Assembly (NCBI RefSeq): GCF_006345805.1
Contig: NC_043022.1
Coordinates: 18,414,001 to 18,478,000 of the forward strand
DNA length: 64,000 bases
Reading direction: 5' to 3'
Source of the DNA: Octopus sinensis
Lineage: Eukaryota
Under the pieces are notes generated by a model, which was not told the DNA's origin, searched no databases, and worked only from the letters and a program-made list of their open reading frames with translations. Position 1 is the first letter of the stretch; each line of letters starts with the position of its first letter. Below, piece after piece: positions 38,777 through 51,170 of this stretch. Made by a program: the position numbers and the translations under genes.

Positions 38777-38997
38777 CAGTGCTTTTCAAACTTTTTGCTG
38801 GAGCGCGGAACCCCAAGGAAACATTCCACTGGCTCGAGGAACCCCTGTGCGATAATTTAATAGTCTTATGCACACATATCTGCACAGGAGAATTAAAAAT
38901 TACTGCTGATTTTAGCAGTTTTGTAACTTCTTGCGGAACCCCTGGACTGTACTGGCGGAACCCTAAGCTTCCACCGAACCCTGGTTGAAAACCACTG
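38777..38997. mobile_element. hAT-family MITE
   Basis: TIRs CAGTGCTTTTCAA / TTGAAAACCACTG and a perfect 8-bp TSD ATATAGAC at 38769-38776 and 38998-39005. Confidence 0.9.
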
Positions 38998-39384
38998 ATA
39001 TAGACCAACATAACTCTCTCCTTCGAAGGCTGCTGCTGCTGTTTCTAGCAGGCTGAGAGACTGCATATAAGACTCCTTGTTATTGCATGCGTTATTTGTT
39101 TTATATGACAGGAAAGTTATGTGGAGGTCCTTTTCTTTTAATTTTTGCTCCTTAAAATTATTAACTTTTTCGTGTCTACAGTTCTTAGTGGATTGCCTCT
39201 GTTTCAATCAGTTTTGGAATTTTTTTTTTTTTTGCTTTGGATGGTTTGACTTTAACTGCATATGTTGACAGTTTTATTGTCAAAACAAGTCTCCTTGTTT
39301 TGACATTGTGTGTTGGTTGTAAACAGCTTCCTCATTATACAAGTGGTGTCATGCTTTTCTTGTCTTCTTTGGAATCATATCTGA

Positions 39385-40420
39385 CCAAGGGTAAATATTA
39401 CCTTCCTTGGAAACAGGTGAGGTTTAGCAACAGGAAAAGCGTCCAGAAGAGCATCCAACCAAGGGGAAATATTTTTTGGCTTGGTAACAAGTGGAGGTTA
39501 ACAATAGGAAGGGTATTCAGCCAAGGGTAAATATTACCTTGCTTGGAAAAAGGTGAGGTTTAGCAACAGGAAGGGCATCCAGCCAAGATAAATATTATCT
39601 TGTTTGGAAACAGGTATGGGTTGGCATCCAGTCAATGGGGAATATTGCTTGGCTTGGAAACAAGCAGGGACTAGCAACAGGAAAGGCATCCAGCCAAGGG
39701 TAAGTATTACCTTGCTTGGAAACAGGTGAGGGTTAGCAACAGGAAGAGCATCCAGCCAAGGGGAAATATTTTTTGGCTTGGAAACAGGTGAGGGTTAGTA
39801 ACAGGAAGAGCATCCAGCCAAGGGGAAATATATTTTGGCTTGGAAACAGGTGAGGGTTAGCAACAGGAAGAGCATCCAGCCAAGGGGAAATATTTTTTGG
39901 CTTGGAAACAGGTGAGGGTTAGCAACAGGAAGAGCATCCAGTCAAGCGGAAATATATTTTGGCTTGGAAACACGTGAGGGTTAGCAACAGGAAGGGCATC
40001 CAGCCAAGGGGAAATATTTTTTGGCTTGGAAACAGGTGAGGGTTAGCAACAGGAAGGGCATCCAGCCAAGGGGAAATATTTTTTGGCTTGGAAACAGGTG
40101 AGGGTTAGCAACAGGAAGGGCAACCCACCCAAGGGAAATATTTTTGGCTTGGAAACAGGTGAGGGTTAGCAACAGGAAGAGCATCCAGTCAAGCGGAAAT
40201 ATATTTTGGCTCGGAAACACGTGAGGGTTAGCAACAGGAAGGGCATCCAGCCAAGGGGAAATATTTTTTGGCTTGGAAACAGGTGAGGGTTAGCAACAGG
40301 AAGGGCATCCAGCCAAGGGGAAATATATTTTGGCTTGGTAACAAGTGGAGGTTAACAATATGAAGGGCATTCAGCCAAGGGTAAATATTACCTTGCTTGG
40401 AATAGCAATAGGAAGGGTAT
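39385..40420 (+). repeat. 62-bp minisatellite, about 17 copies
   Basis: GGAAAC anchors at 39780, 39842, 39904, 39966, 40028, 40090, 40151, 40213 and 40275. Confidence 0.95.
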
Positions 40421-40543
40421 CTGGCTGGAGAGAATCTTCCACAAGGAATTTCATTTTACTCCATGCAAAACGATTAAAGTGAATGTTAAAATGACAATGT
40501 ATGCGATGTGTGTCTGAGCTATTTGTTTCGTTATATTTTTTAG

Positions 40544-40696
40544 GGGATCAACCTAAAGCGGCTGTGAATGGCTACTTCAGAGAGTGGCGGAGTTGGAAAG
40601 AAGACAAAGCCGAGACAATCACCGATCTATTCACATGTCTAAAGACATGTAATCGAATCGATATCGTCTACATGATAGCCACAAAGTTAAATGAAA
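40544..40696 (+). CDS. TNFR-like death receptor, exon E: C-terminal half of death domain, (G)DQPKAAVNGYFREWRSWKEDKAETITDLFTCLKTCNRIDIVYMIATKLNE
   Basis: Acceptor tattttttAG at 40542-40543 and donor a|GTAAGT at 40697. W...TI-x2-L-x2-CL-x3-R-x-DIV is the death-domain helix 4-6 pattern. Joined to exon D, the W-to-W spacing is 38 aa (35 in FADD). Confidence 0.8.
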
Positions 40697-40802
40697 GTAA
40701 GTAACTCTTATTTCTCACATTTCTTCATCATTTGTTGTGGGGTGGTTCTGTGCTTGGTATGGATCAGAAGCCCGTCATATAGATGTATGTGTGTGTGTGT
40801 AT

Positions 40803-40847
<45 letters not shown>

Positions 40848-41147
40848 TGTGATCACGTGACCGACCAGACAATCAGATGTTGTTACACATCGCTGGTCAC
40901 AATGCGTTCGCATTGTTTTAGCCTTCGAATAATGCCTCCCCGCTGGCTAAGCGAGCAGGCCAACAGAAGAAAGAGTGAGAGAAAGAGTGGTGAAAGAGTA
41001 CAGCAGGGATTACCACCACCTGCCAGAGCCTCGTGGAGCTTTTAGGTGTTTTCGCTCAATAAACACTCACAATGCTCGGTCTGGGAATCGAAACTGCGAT
41101 CCTGCGACCACGAGTCCGCTGCCCTAACCACTAGGCCATTGCGCCTC

Positions 41148-41191
<44 letters not shown>

Positions 41192-42600
41192 ACACACACA
41201 TACACAGTACCCACTACTCTCACGGAGTGGTTGGCGTTTGGAAGGGCATCCAGCTGTAGAAACACTGCCAGATCTGACTGGGCCTGGTGCAGCCTTCGGG
41301 CTTCCCAGACCCCAGTTGAACCGTCCAACCCATGCTAGCATGGAAAGCAGACGTTAAACGATGATGATGATGATGATGATGATACACATATATATATGTA
41401 TATATACAACCGATGCTGGTGTGTTTACATCCCTGTCAATTAGCGGTTCGGCAAAAGAGACCAATAGAATAAGTACTGGGCTTACAAAGAATAAGTCCTG
41501 GACTCGATATGCTCGACTAAAGGCGGTGCTCCAGCATGGCCACAGTCAAATGCCTGAAACAAGTTAAAGAGTGAAAAAGCAAGGTAGCAAGCTGGCAGAA
41601 TCATTAGCATGCTGGACAGAATGTTTAGCAATTACATTCTGAGTTCCAATTCTGCTGAGGTTGACTTTGCCTTTCATCCTTTCGGGGTCGTGAAACACTG
41701 GGGTTGATGTAATCAACTAGTCCTCGCTCACCAATTCCAGGTCTTGTGCCTATAGTAGAAGGGCAGCGAGCTGGCAGAATTGTTAGCATGCCAAGCAAAA
41801 TGCTTAGCGGCATTCCGTTCCTCTTTATGTTCTGAAACTTTGCTTTTCATCCTTCCAGGGTCGATGAAACAGGTACCAGTTAAAAACTGGGGATTGATGA
41901 AATCGACTTATCCCATCCCCTGAAATTGCTGGCCTTGTGCCAAAATTTCCTCGTCTGGCACCTGTGTCGGTGGCACATAAAAAGCACCCACTACACTCAC
42001 GGAGTGGTTGGCGTTAGGAAGGGCATCCAGCTGTAGAAACACTGCCAGATCTGACTGGGCCTGGTGCAGCCTTCGGACTTCCCAGACCCCAGTTGAACCG
42101 TCCAACCCATGCTAGCATGGAAAGCAGACATTAAATGATGATACTCTTTACTCTTTTACTTGTTTCAGTCATTTGACTGCGGCCATGCTGGAGCACCGCC
42201 TTTAATCGAGCAACTCGACCCCGGGACTTATTCTTTTGTAAGCCCAGTACTTATTCTATCGGTCTCTTTTACCGTACCGCTAAGTAACGGGGACATAAAC
42301 ACACCAGCATCGGTTGTCAACCAATGCTAGGGGGACACATGCATTATATATATATATATACATCTATACGATGGGCTTCTTTCAGTTTCCGTCTACCAAA
42401 TCCACTCCAAGGCTTTGGTCGGCCCAAGGCTATAGTAGAAGACACTTGCCCAAGGTGCCACGTAGTGGGACTGAACCCAGAACCATGTGGTTGGTAAACA
42501 AGCTACCTACCACACAGCCACTCCTGATGATTATAATTATTATTATTATTATTATTATTTGTTTTTTTTTTTTTTATTTTAGTTTTTTTTTATATTGCAG

Positions 42601-43130
42601 TCGACTCCCTCGATGTTCCTGAGAAACTGTCTGACAAGGAAGACAGTCTACAGAAACAGAAGCCGTCCTACATGGGTAGCCTGTTGTACAGCGTGTTTCC
42701 TTGTCTCGGCAAGAAGCGTCGCTACCCGTCGGAAGAGAAGGCCTCCGAGAAACCCGAAACCATGAACAGGCTTTTGGACACGGAAAGCGGAGCGGAGCTG
42801 CAACACCAGACGCAACAGCCAGGGCTTCCACCGTTAGCAGCAGCAACAGAAGCACCGGATGCACAACAGACGCTAAGTACAGCTGTCATCATACCACCGC
42901 ATGCACCGGTAAACTGCACGCCTTACCGTGCGTCTGCACCAAGTGCACCGATCTTAGAGGACTTTGAACTTCAACAGCAGCAGCAACAACAGACTCTCTC
43001 TCATCATCCTCACTCGTCTTATCCACAGCCACCACCACCACAGCAGAGTCTACAACAGCAGCAACAACAACAACAGAACCAGCTTCATAGGCAGCATCTT
43101 CCTACCCATCATCATCACCACGCAGCATAA
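42601..43130 (+). CDS. TNFR-like death receptor, terminal coding exon F: low-complexity tail with polyQ and polyH, ends ...HHHHHAA*
   Basis: Acceptor tttttatattgcAG ends at 42600. a+TC gives Ile, in frame with ORF 42672-43130. GC-richer, codon-like sequence; stop TAA at 43128-43130. Confidence 0.8.
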
Positions 43131-43246
43131 CACAGCGTGCAAAGAACATGTCATATATAGTCAGTGATGACCAGACAAACAGACAGACAGACACACAAAA
43201 CTTTCTTCCCCTGCCACCACCACCACCACCCCAAGACTCAGAAGTG

Positions 43247-43252
43247 AATAAA
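43247..43252 (+). promoter_or_regulatory. Candidate polyadenylation signal AATAAA
   Basis: First AATAAA about 115 nt after the stop codon. The motif is common in this AT-rich DNA. Confidence 0.3.
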
Positions 43253-45106
43253 TACACACACATATATACACATATATATACATATATATATATATATAGA
43301 TATATATATAACAAAATTTTAAAAAAAAGATATTTTGGAAAAAGATGAGCAGCCCTTCCTCTGTTTTTCTCTCTCTCCCTTGTAAAGCTATCTCTGTCTT
43401 CTCTTAAACACACACACACACACACTCTTCCATACCTACATAATCTTGTACCCCTTGCTAAACTTTACTAAAGACTACCACCACTACTATCACTGCGCTA
43501 CATCCAATACTATGACATAGAACCACTGCCTGTGTTAACCACAAAACTATATAGCCAAATATTAACACTACCAAAAAAACTACAGACAGCCACTATCACT
43601 ACTACCATCGCTGTAGCCTATACTACAAAAAAAAATCACTTATAAACTACAACCACAACATCATCAAAACGACCATCACCACTAAAACAACTGCCAATAC
43701 TACCACTAAATATCAGCTACTACAACCAAAACAGTTGCTACCACTGTAACCACCACCACCATGGGAACTACCACCAATACTGATAGGACAAATCCACAAA
43801 TACTACCGCCACAATCAGCAACACAATAACAGCTATGGTAATGATGCTGTCACAACTGTAGCCTATACCACCATCACTACCACTACATACCACAACAATC
43901 ACCTCTACTACTATTTCTACTACCGCCAATACAGTGAAAAAATACCAAGCCAGTGGATAATCTCTTAAAAGGAAAACTAAAGAGAAATAAGGGTCATTCC
44001 TTCAAATTGGGATCACTCCTTAATCCCCATATTTGAAATATATTTGTTTTTTGGTTGTTTTTTGTTTTTTGTTTTTTTGGGAAAAAGTGGTAATTGAGGG
44101 AAAGTGACAGGGTTCCTGATAAATATTTTATTCTTGAAAAATTGTTTTGTTACCATTAGTTTAGCACTTCTCTCCATGTCTCTCTCTCCCTCTCTGATAT
44201 GTAACAACCTGATATGTAACAACCTTCCCCCCAACACACACTGCAAATAATGGTGAGGATACCAGATTATGTGAAATGGGCCTTTTAACAGCCAGACCAC
44301 GAGACCAGTGCTAGCTCATATGATAGCATAACCTGTATTGCTTTGTATATAGAATTTTATTTACGTGTGTATATATATATATATGTATACACACACACAC
44401 ACACACATAGATATATATCACGTGATCACATGACCAACCAGAGTATCATGTTACAATTCGCTGGTCACAATGTGCTTTGCCTTGTTTTAGCCATCGAATG
44501 ATGCCACCCTGATGGCTAGGCATGCAGGCCAACACTTCCCCTTGATCGAAAGGGGAACTGGAGCAAAATGGAATGAAGTGTTTTGCTCAAGAACACAATG
44601 CACTTCCCAGTCTGGGAATCGAACCCATGGTCTAGCGATCATGAGCGCAACAACCTAATCACTAGGCCACATGCCTTCACTATATGTATATATATATACA
44701 TATCTATATATATATATATACACACATATATATACATGCTCACACACAACCTACCTTAGACTTCTCATGCTATTATTGAACCAGGAGCTTAACAGCAGTC
44801 CTTCCATAACACTTACATAGCCTTACCTGCCCTTTGGGTCTTCTGGATACCAAAACATCTCATATTATTATAAATATATATTGATTTATTGATTGAGGGG
44901 ATAGTTATGACCCTGGCAATCGCTCATCAGTACATCACACAGGATCCTGTTTAGCATAGTATTCCAATAATCAAAGAAAGATGGGTGAGACTCTAATTAA
45001 CACAAACAGGAGCAGTTCGCAACACCAAGGCAAGATCCTGTAGGTTTAATATAAGCCCCGCAGAGTAAATAATAATAATAATAATTATAATATTAATAAT
45101 AATAAT

Positions 45107-45489
45107 AAGGCGCAGGAGTGGCTGTGTGGTAAGTAGCTTGCTAACCAACCACATGGTTCCGGGTTCAGTCCCTCTGCGTGGCATCTTGGGCAAGTGTCTT
45201 CCACTATAGCCTCAGGCCGACCAATGCCTTGTGAGTGGATTTGGTAGACGGAAACTGAAAGAAGCCTGTCGTATATATGTATGTGTTTGTGTGTCTGTGT
45301 TTGTCCCCCTAGCATTGCTTGACAACCGATGCTGGTGTGTTTACGTCCCCGTCACTTAGCGGTTTGGCAAAAGAGACCGATAGAATAAGTACTAGGCTTA
45401 CAAAGAATAAGTCCCGGGGTCGATTTGCTCGACTAAAGGCAGTGCTCCAGCATGGCCGCAGTCAAATGACTGAAACAAGTAAAAGAGTA
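45107..45489 (+). mobile_element. tRNA-derived SINE family A (representative copy; 20+ full or partial copies in the window)
   Basis: Head GGCGCAGGAGTGGCTGTGTGG..GGTTCAGTCCC, central TA/TG tract and AGTAAAAG tail. Other copies include 9143-9509, 9717-10112(-), 19938-20345, 26742-27157(-), 27193-27585, 29428-29828, 29875-30261(-), 31211-31621, 31677-32092(-), 35018-35368, 37271-37658, 42144-42524(-) and 61431-61810. Confidence 0.9.
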
Positions 45490-45689
45490 ATAATAATATT
45501 GATAATAATTTAAATGAGGAAAGAAGTCAAATCAACATTACACTTGTTTCCATAAATGCATTTTTTATTTCCTATCTCATACAGTGTTATGTAATGCATT
45601 CCGTATATACAAATATGTAATAATGACTATTGTTTGTTCACTTCTTCAGACATTCTTGATTTGAAAATATAATCAACCCATGGGTATTA

Positions 45690-47640
45690 CGTAACATTGC
45701 ATGACATATGAAATAAATGATGATTTCAAAATTTGGTACAAGGCTTTTTGCAATGGTAACAAGTTATCTCCTTATAAAAGATTCCAAGTTTGATGTTGAC
45801 AAGGCCTAAGCTTTGGCTCCCAGATGGGAGTCCAACAGCAGCATTCAATAGATTCACGATATTGTGTGCTATTCCAAATATTTTCACAGACTCTAGAATC
45901 CACGTATGAGGAATCGTATAGTGCTTTCTTGCAGTCGATCTATGCCATACTGAAGTTAACGTCTTCTTGATGCTTTGATTCATCTACACTTGCATTTTTC
46001 GTGGCTTTTCTGGTAAGATGTTATTCTGGTCCAAGAACACGTTCATTTCATCTGACAGTATTCTGGTTAACAGCTTCCACATGATGGGGAGACAGGATAT
46101 TGGTCTTTAGTCATCAATAGTGTTTCCCTTTGATTATTGTTCTGCCTCTGTTCAACCAACCTGGGATTTCTGTATGGTCTTCAAGACACGTGCTTAACTG
46201 TTATGCTATCCTTTTGTAGAACTGTAAATTTCTTCATCCAAACCACCCCAAACTCCATCTGAGCCGGATGCTTTTCAGTTGTTTATCTTAATACTTACTT
46301 ACATGTCTTTACTTATCTTAATGTCTTCTTCAAGGAGACATATTTGTTTCTTTCATCTTGCCTATCCACTTTGCATTAATGTTGTATGTTTCCTTCTCCA
46401 CCCACCCCACCCCATATTAATATATTGTTCCAGAATCTTCGTTTCTCCATTTATTTCCTGATAAAAATCTATTTTTGGTCAGTTTTGAAGATTCCCTTTT
46501 CTCTATACTGTTTGATTCTCTGATCATATCTAGCGTTTTTTTGTTTTTGTTTTACTCTCTTCAGTTGCATGTGTTTTAGTTTGATTACTACCTGTAATCC
46601 TTTGAAATCAACATCATACCTTTGTTTCCAACATGCTATATTTTCACTGATTCTTCAGTTCTCTATTCTTTCTTCTGTCTTATACTAACAGATCATTCTG
46701 CATTCTTTTTTATGTCTCCAAAGATCCTCCTCTTCCACCATGGTCCGTTGTCTATCTTTCTGTCTGTTTTATTCACATCACTTCAACATTTTACTTCAAA
46801 TCCTATATTTTCTGCCACCATTATACTTGTTGCCTTTATTAGTCTGTTAGTTTCGGTGATACTATTTGCTTGTGTATTACTTTAAGATCAGTGGAGGCGC
46901 AATGGCCCAGTGGTTAGGGCAGCGGACTCGCAGTCGTAGGATCGCGGTTTCGATTCCCAGACCAGGCGTTGTGAGTGTTTATTGAGCGAAAACACCTAAA
47001 AGCTCCACGAGGCTCCAGCAGGGGATGGTGGTGATCCCTGCTGTACTCTTTCACCACAACTTTCTCTCACTCTTACTTCCTGTTTCTGTTGTACCTGTAT
47101 TTCAAGGGGCCGGCCTTGTCACTCTCTGTGTTACGCTGAATATCCCTGAGAACTACATTAAGGGTACACGTGTCTGTGGAGTGCTCAGCCACTTGCACGT
47201 TAATTTCACGAGCAAGCTGTTCCGTTGATTCGGATCAACCGGAACCCTCGTCGTCGTAACCGACGGAGTGCTTCCAAAATAAAAACTTTAAGATCCTGTT
47301 TCTTAGTCACACATTACTCCAAAATTCTCCGTCCTTACTAACTCCACTTCTCTATCTACAATTCATTTTTCTTCATCGGTGGTGGCTGTGTCAGTTACCA
47401 TTGACGACACCTCAAGCAGATTGATATGTATTTCTTCTGCCATTTGAGGAGCTGTGTTGGTCTTCATCAGCTCTTCATTATTAGCGATATTACATTCATC
47501 TGCATCGTTATCATCTTCGTATACTCTTCTCTCAATAATTTCCACTTCTGAATCTTATTAAACAGATTTTCTTCCTTGTCATTCTGACCCGGTCACAAAA
47601 CTTTTGCTCTGTGGTTTCAAATATTTCACAATGCTGCCAT
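45690..47640 (-). mobile_element. Decayed R4/Dong-like non-LTR retrotransposon fragment, interrupted by a SINE
   Basis: Frameshifted minus-strand motifs N*KASGSDGV, EIPGWLNRGRTII, RPISCLPIMWKLLTRIL and IPHTWILE..GIA.NIV..GIF match the RT N-terminal domains of RLE-type elements. The outer boundary is approximate. Confidence 0.7.
46890..47284 (+). mobile_element. tRNA-derived SINE (family B) with target-site duplication
   Basis: A box TGGCCCAGTGG and B box GGTTTCGATTCC. 11-bp TSD ACTTTAAGATC at 46879-46889 and 47285-47295. Related copies at 13572-13940, 51363-51690 (different head) and about 40846-41150 (minus strand, different tail). Confidence 0.85.
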
Positions 47641-48046
47641 TCTCAGTACATCCTTTCCCTTTAGCATTCAGGTTATTCTGTCAAATATAAAGTTTATTTA
47701 CACACATTCTTTTGAATTAATCAGGCTTTCTCTTGTAGCTTCAAGATTTCAATGGTGTGTTTCTATTTTTTTTAGGGTAGGTGTGAGAGGTTGAGTTTGG
47801 TCAGTTTTAACATAAAACAGACAGAATATTTGGGCTGGATGTGGCCAGATTAAACGCTAAAGGATTAATGGCACTCCATGACAGTTGCATTTAATTCTTT
47901 GCTGAATTTTTTTCTTTAATTCTTGTATGCTAGCAGTCACAGGTTGACAACCAGGCCCATCCTGCTTCTCAATGGGATACCTAGGCATGGCACCTTCATC
48001 ACTGGTTCCAGTTCCATTTATGCCATTATCTATAATGTTTCTTTAA

Positions 48047-48233
48047 CCCTTTCATTACTATATTTCTGACTGTAGTTGAACTCTTTACGAAGTATAATAC
48101 GTATTTTCACGAATGTACTAAAGAGATTTGCTCTGATATTCTCATTTAAATATGAATAGGTAAATTTGGGCGGCTTTGGGCGGTTTGGTCACATTAACCA
48201 AAATCTTTTTGGGGCGGTTTGGTAACGAAAGGG
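48047..48233. mobile_element. TTAA-flanked piggyBac-like MITE
   Basis: TTAA|CCCTTTCATTAC ... GTAACGAAAGGG|TTAA. Confidence 0.75.
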
Positions 48234-49290
48234 TTAAGCGGTTTTTCGTTTCTTTTTTTTTTTTTTTTTGTGACATCATCAGATGGATTAACAGTGAAGG
48301 TTCATAGAAACTCCATCCACCCTCTTTATGAGGAAATTAAACCATACCCAGTCACACACTGGCGTTTTTACTACTACGCCGCTTGGTTTATTTTCAGACT
48401 TGTCCTTTTCTAGGTTGTCTGCTGTCCACTGTTCATGAACACAACCTACCCAGATATATTTTTCAAGGTTTATTCCTCTTGAATTATGTTGTTAGTATTG
48501 ACCAATCACATTCTGAGAAGGCATCTTTTTCTTTTCTCTTTTATCTCTCACTTCAAGATATGATCCATTTGCGGATTACCAAGTTTTACCAAAGGGCCTC
48601 AGTTATTTGAATAAAGGCTGTTCTCAATCCCATTTGTATTGTTAATATAAAGGCTATCTAAGGCAGCGAGCTGGCAGAAAGAATTGTTATCACACCAGAC
48701 AAAATGCTTAGCGGCATTTTGTCCATCTTTATGTTCTGAGTTCAAATTCCACCAAGGTCGACTTTGCCTTTCATCCATTTGGGGTTGATAAGAATGAGTA
48801 CCATTCATTCAAGCTCCGGGGTCAAGGCAATCAGGTTACCCCCATCCCCTAAAAATTGCTGGCCTTGTACCAAAATTTGAAATCAGTATTATGGCTATCT
48901 GCCCCATGGTTGTGACTTTTAGAAGGAGATAGTTTGGGGTCTCTGGTGTTGCTTAGGTATTCTTACACCAGTCCTCTGCCCCTGCTCGCACTCTCTCTCT
49001 CTCTCTCTCTAGTCCTTTTTATATTACCAGCCTTCACGTGGTTACCCTAAAGTTTTAGACATAATAGGAAGAATTGGGGAGGAGTCCAAATAGTCTTTGA
49101 TGATAGTATTGGTTCTCTTAGTCTTAATTATAGGTATTGGCTAGATCTTTGTCTTTCCCATTTTTGGCATGATGCTGTCTTAGAGAGATGAATGTTAGAT
49201 AGAAGATAGTCGTATCTGGTACAAGAAACACCTAATTTGTAAGAAAAAAAATACTACAAAAGAGATTAAAGGGTTATTATGTAACAGGGA

Positions 49291-49643
49291 GTGAGAAACC
49301 AAATTTCTCACTCTCTTTCTTGACCAGCAGGACAAGATCCTCCAGATCCTTACCACTCTCCGCCAGCAGGGTTGTATCATCTGCATAGCGAAGGTTATTA
49401 ATATTTCTTCCTCCAATCCTCACTCCAATGCTGCTATCCTCCAGGCCTGCATTCCTCATGACCTTTTCAGCGTACATGTTGAAGGCTGCTGATGACAGGA
49501 TGCAACCTTGCCGAGTGCCTTTTCCAATCTCAAACCAAATGGATATAGCCAATCTGAAAGAAGCGGCCCAGGATAGAACTAACTGGAGGATACTCATCCA
49601 ACGAGTGACCGTGAGTCGACTTCGACTGAGCAGATTGAGAGAG
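49291..49643. mobile_element. 5'-truncated RTE-clade LINE with internal inversion
   Basis: Minus strand 49294-49538 encodes WFEIGKGTRQGCILS...NNLRYADDTTLLAES (RT domains with YADD). Plus strand 49539-49643 encodes the RTE-type C-terminus LKEAAQDRTNWR..VTVSRLRL plus a GA tail. Flanked by ATGTA(A/T)CAGGGA at 49279-49290 and 49644-49655. Confidence 0.85.
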
Positions 49644-49899
49644 ATGTATCAGGGAAGGGAAAATTGATTAGGATGTAGATTCATGGTATAGTAGTGGGGG
49701 CTGGAACGGATGGGCACATTGCAAGCGAACCAATTAGCTTTCAACATTGATGCATCGTAAAAAAAATATATATCTTTATGAGGAAAAAATTTAAATATTT
49801 ATAAAAGACATGTTGCAAACAGACTCGAGGTTACTGCTTTTTAAGCAAAATACTGAACAGTGACAACAAAACCCAGCAAAATAGAACAACTGTATTAGA

Positions 49900-50235
49900 A
49901 TATTTTCAGGCCATTTCTGGTCAAGGGATACTTTGAACCGAGCAGTCGTCGGCATCTTCACTATCTCGTCTGGCGGCTTATTCCACGGGTCCGCAACCCA
50001 GACGGAGAAAGCCCCTCTCCTTCGATTGAGATGAAATCGTCGCAGATAGAGCTTTTCGGAGTGACCCCACAGCCGACGCTCTGGAGCAGGAGTGAAGAAC
50101 AGCTCTTTCGAGAGGTTACACTTTCCGCTTATGATGTTGTGAGCAAGAATGAGATCACCACGGCAGCGACGTTTTTCCAGAGAATAAAGGTCGAGCGTCT
50201 TCAGCCTTTCTTCATAAGACATGCTTAAGACCAAC
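49900..50235 (-). mobile_element. CR1/L2-like LINE 3' ORF fragment
   Basis: SYEERLKTLDLYSLEKRRCRGDLI...RGHS.KL...FSV.V...WN is the conserved C-terminal region of CR1-group ORF2. Confidence 0.8.
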
Positions 50236-50452
50236 TAGCAGAGTCATTAACAAGCTTGACAGAATGCTTTGCAATACTTCGTCCAGCTTTATGTTCTGAG
50301 TTCAAACTCCACTGAGGTTGACTTTGCCCTTCTTCCTTTTGAGGTCGATGACATAAGTACCAATTTTAGCACTGGGATCAATGCAATTGACTTAACCCTC
50401 CTCAACATTTCTGACCTCACGCCTATAGCAGTAAAGATTATTATTATCATCA

Positions 50453-50494
<42 letters not shown>

Positions 50495-50887
50495 GTTGGC
50501 AGAATTGTTAGTATACCAAACGAAATGCTTAGCAGTATTTCGTCTGTCTTCACATTCTGAGTTCAAATTCCGCTGGGGTTGACTTTGCCTTTCATCCTTT
50601 AGGGGGTTGATAAATTAAGTGCCAGTTGGGGGGGTCAATGAAATCGACTACACCCCTTCCCACAAAAATTTCAGGCCTTGTTCCTATAGGTAGAAAGGAT
50701 TATTACTATTATTATTTAAGTATTGGGACACATGTAATCGACCATATCCTTCCCCTAAAACTTCAGCCCTTCTGGCTATTGTAAAAAAGGATTGTTGTTG
50801 TCGTTATTATTTCCGTTTTACTTTATTGCTAGGTGGGGTACAAGTCAAAACCACAAGATAAAGTAATTTTATGCATATATATGTGTG

Positions 50888-50965
<78 letters not shown>

Positions 50966-50967
50966 TG

Positions 50968-51015
<48 letters not shown>

Positions 51016-51034
51016 GTGTAGGTATATTATATAT

Positions 51035-51067
<33 letters not shown>

Positions 51068-51070
51068 ATG

Positions 51071-51104
<34 letters not shown>

Positions 51105-51130
51105 ATATATGTGTTGTGTGTGTGTGTGTG

Positions 51131-51170
<40 letters not shown>

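Noticed and set aside
39385-40420. Regular repeat array resembling CRISPR
   Set aside because: Units are contiguous with no unique spacers, the context is eukaryotic, and there are no cas genes.
43480-43940. Thr-codon-like low-complexity stretch after the stop codon
   Set aside because: Interrupted by stops and has no splice signals; treated as 3' UTR or intergenic low complexity.
44900-44935. Minus-strand CTGATGA-GC-GATT-GC
   Set aside because: Not followed by GAAA or a stem III/NUH.
45620-45656. Minus-strand CTGAAGA...CAAAC AATA GTC
   Set aside because: No G12, no stem II and poor stem I.
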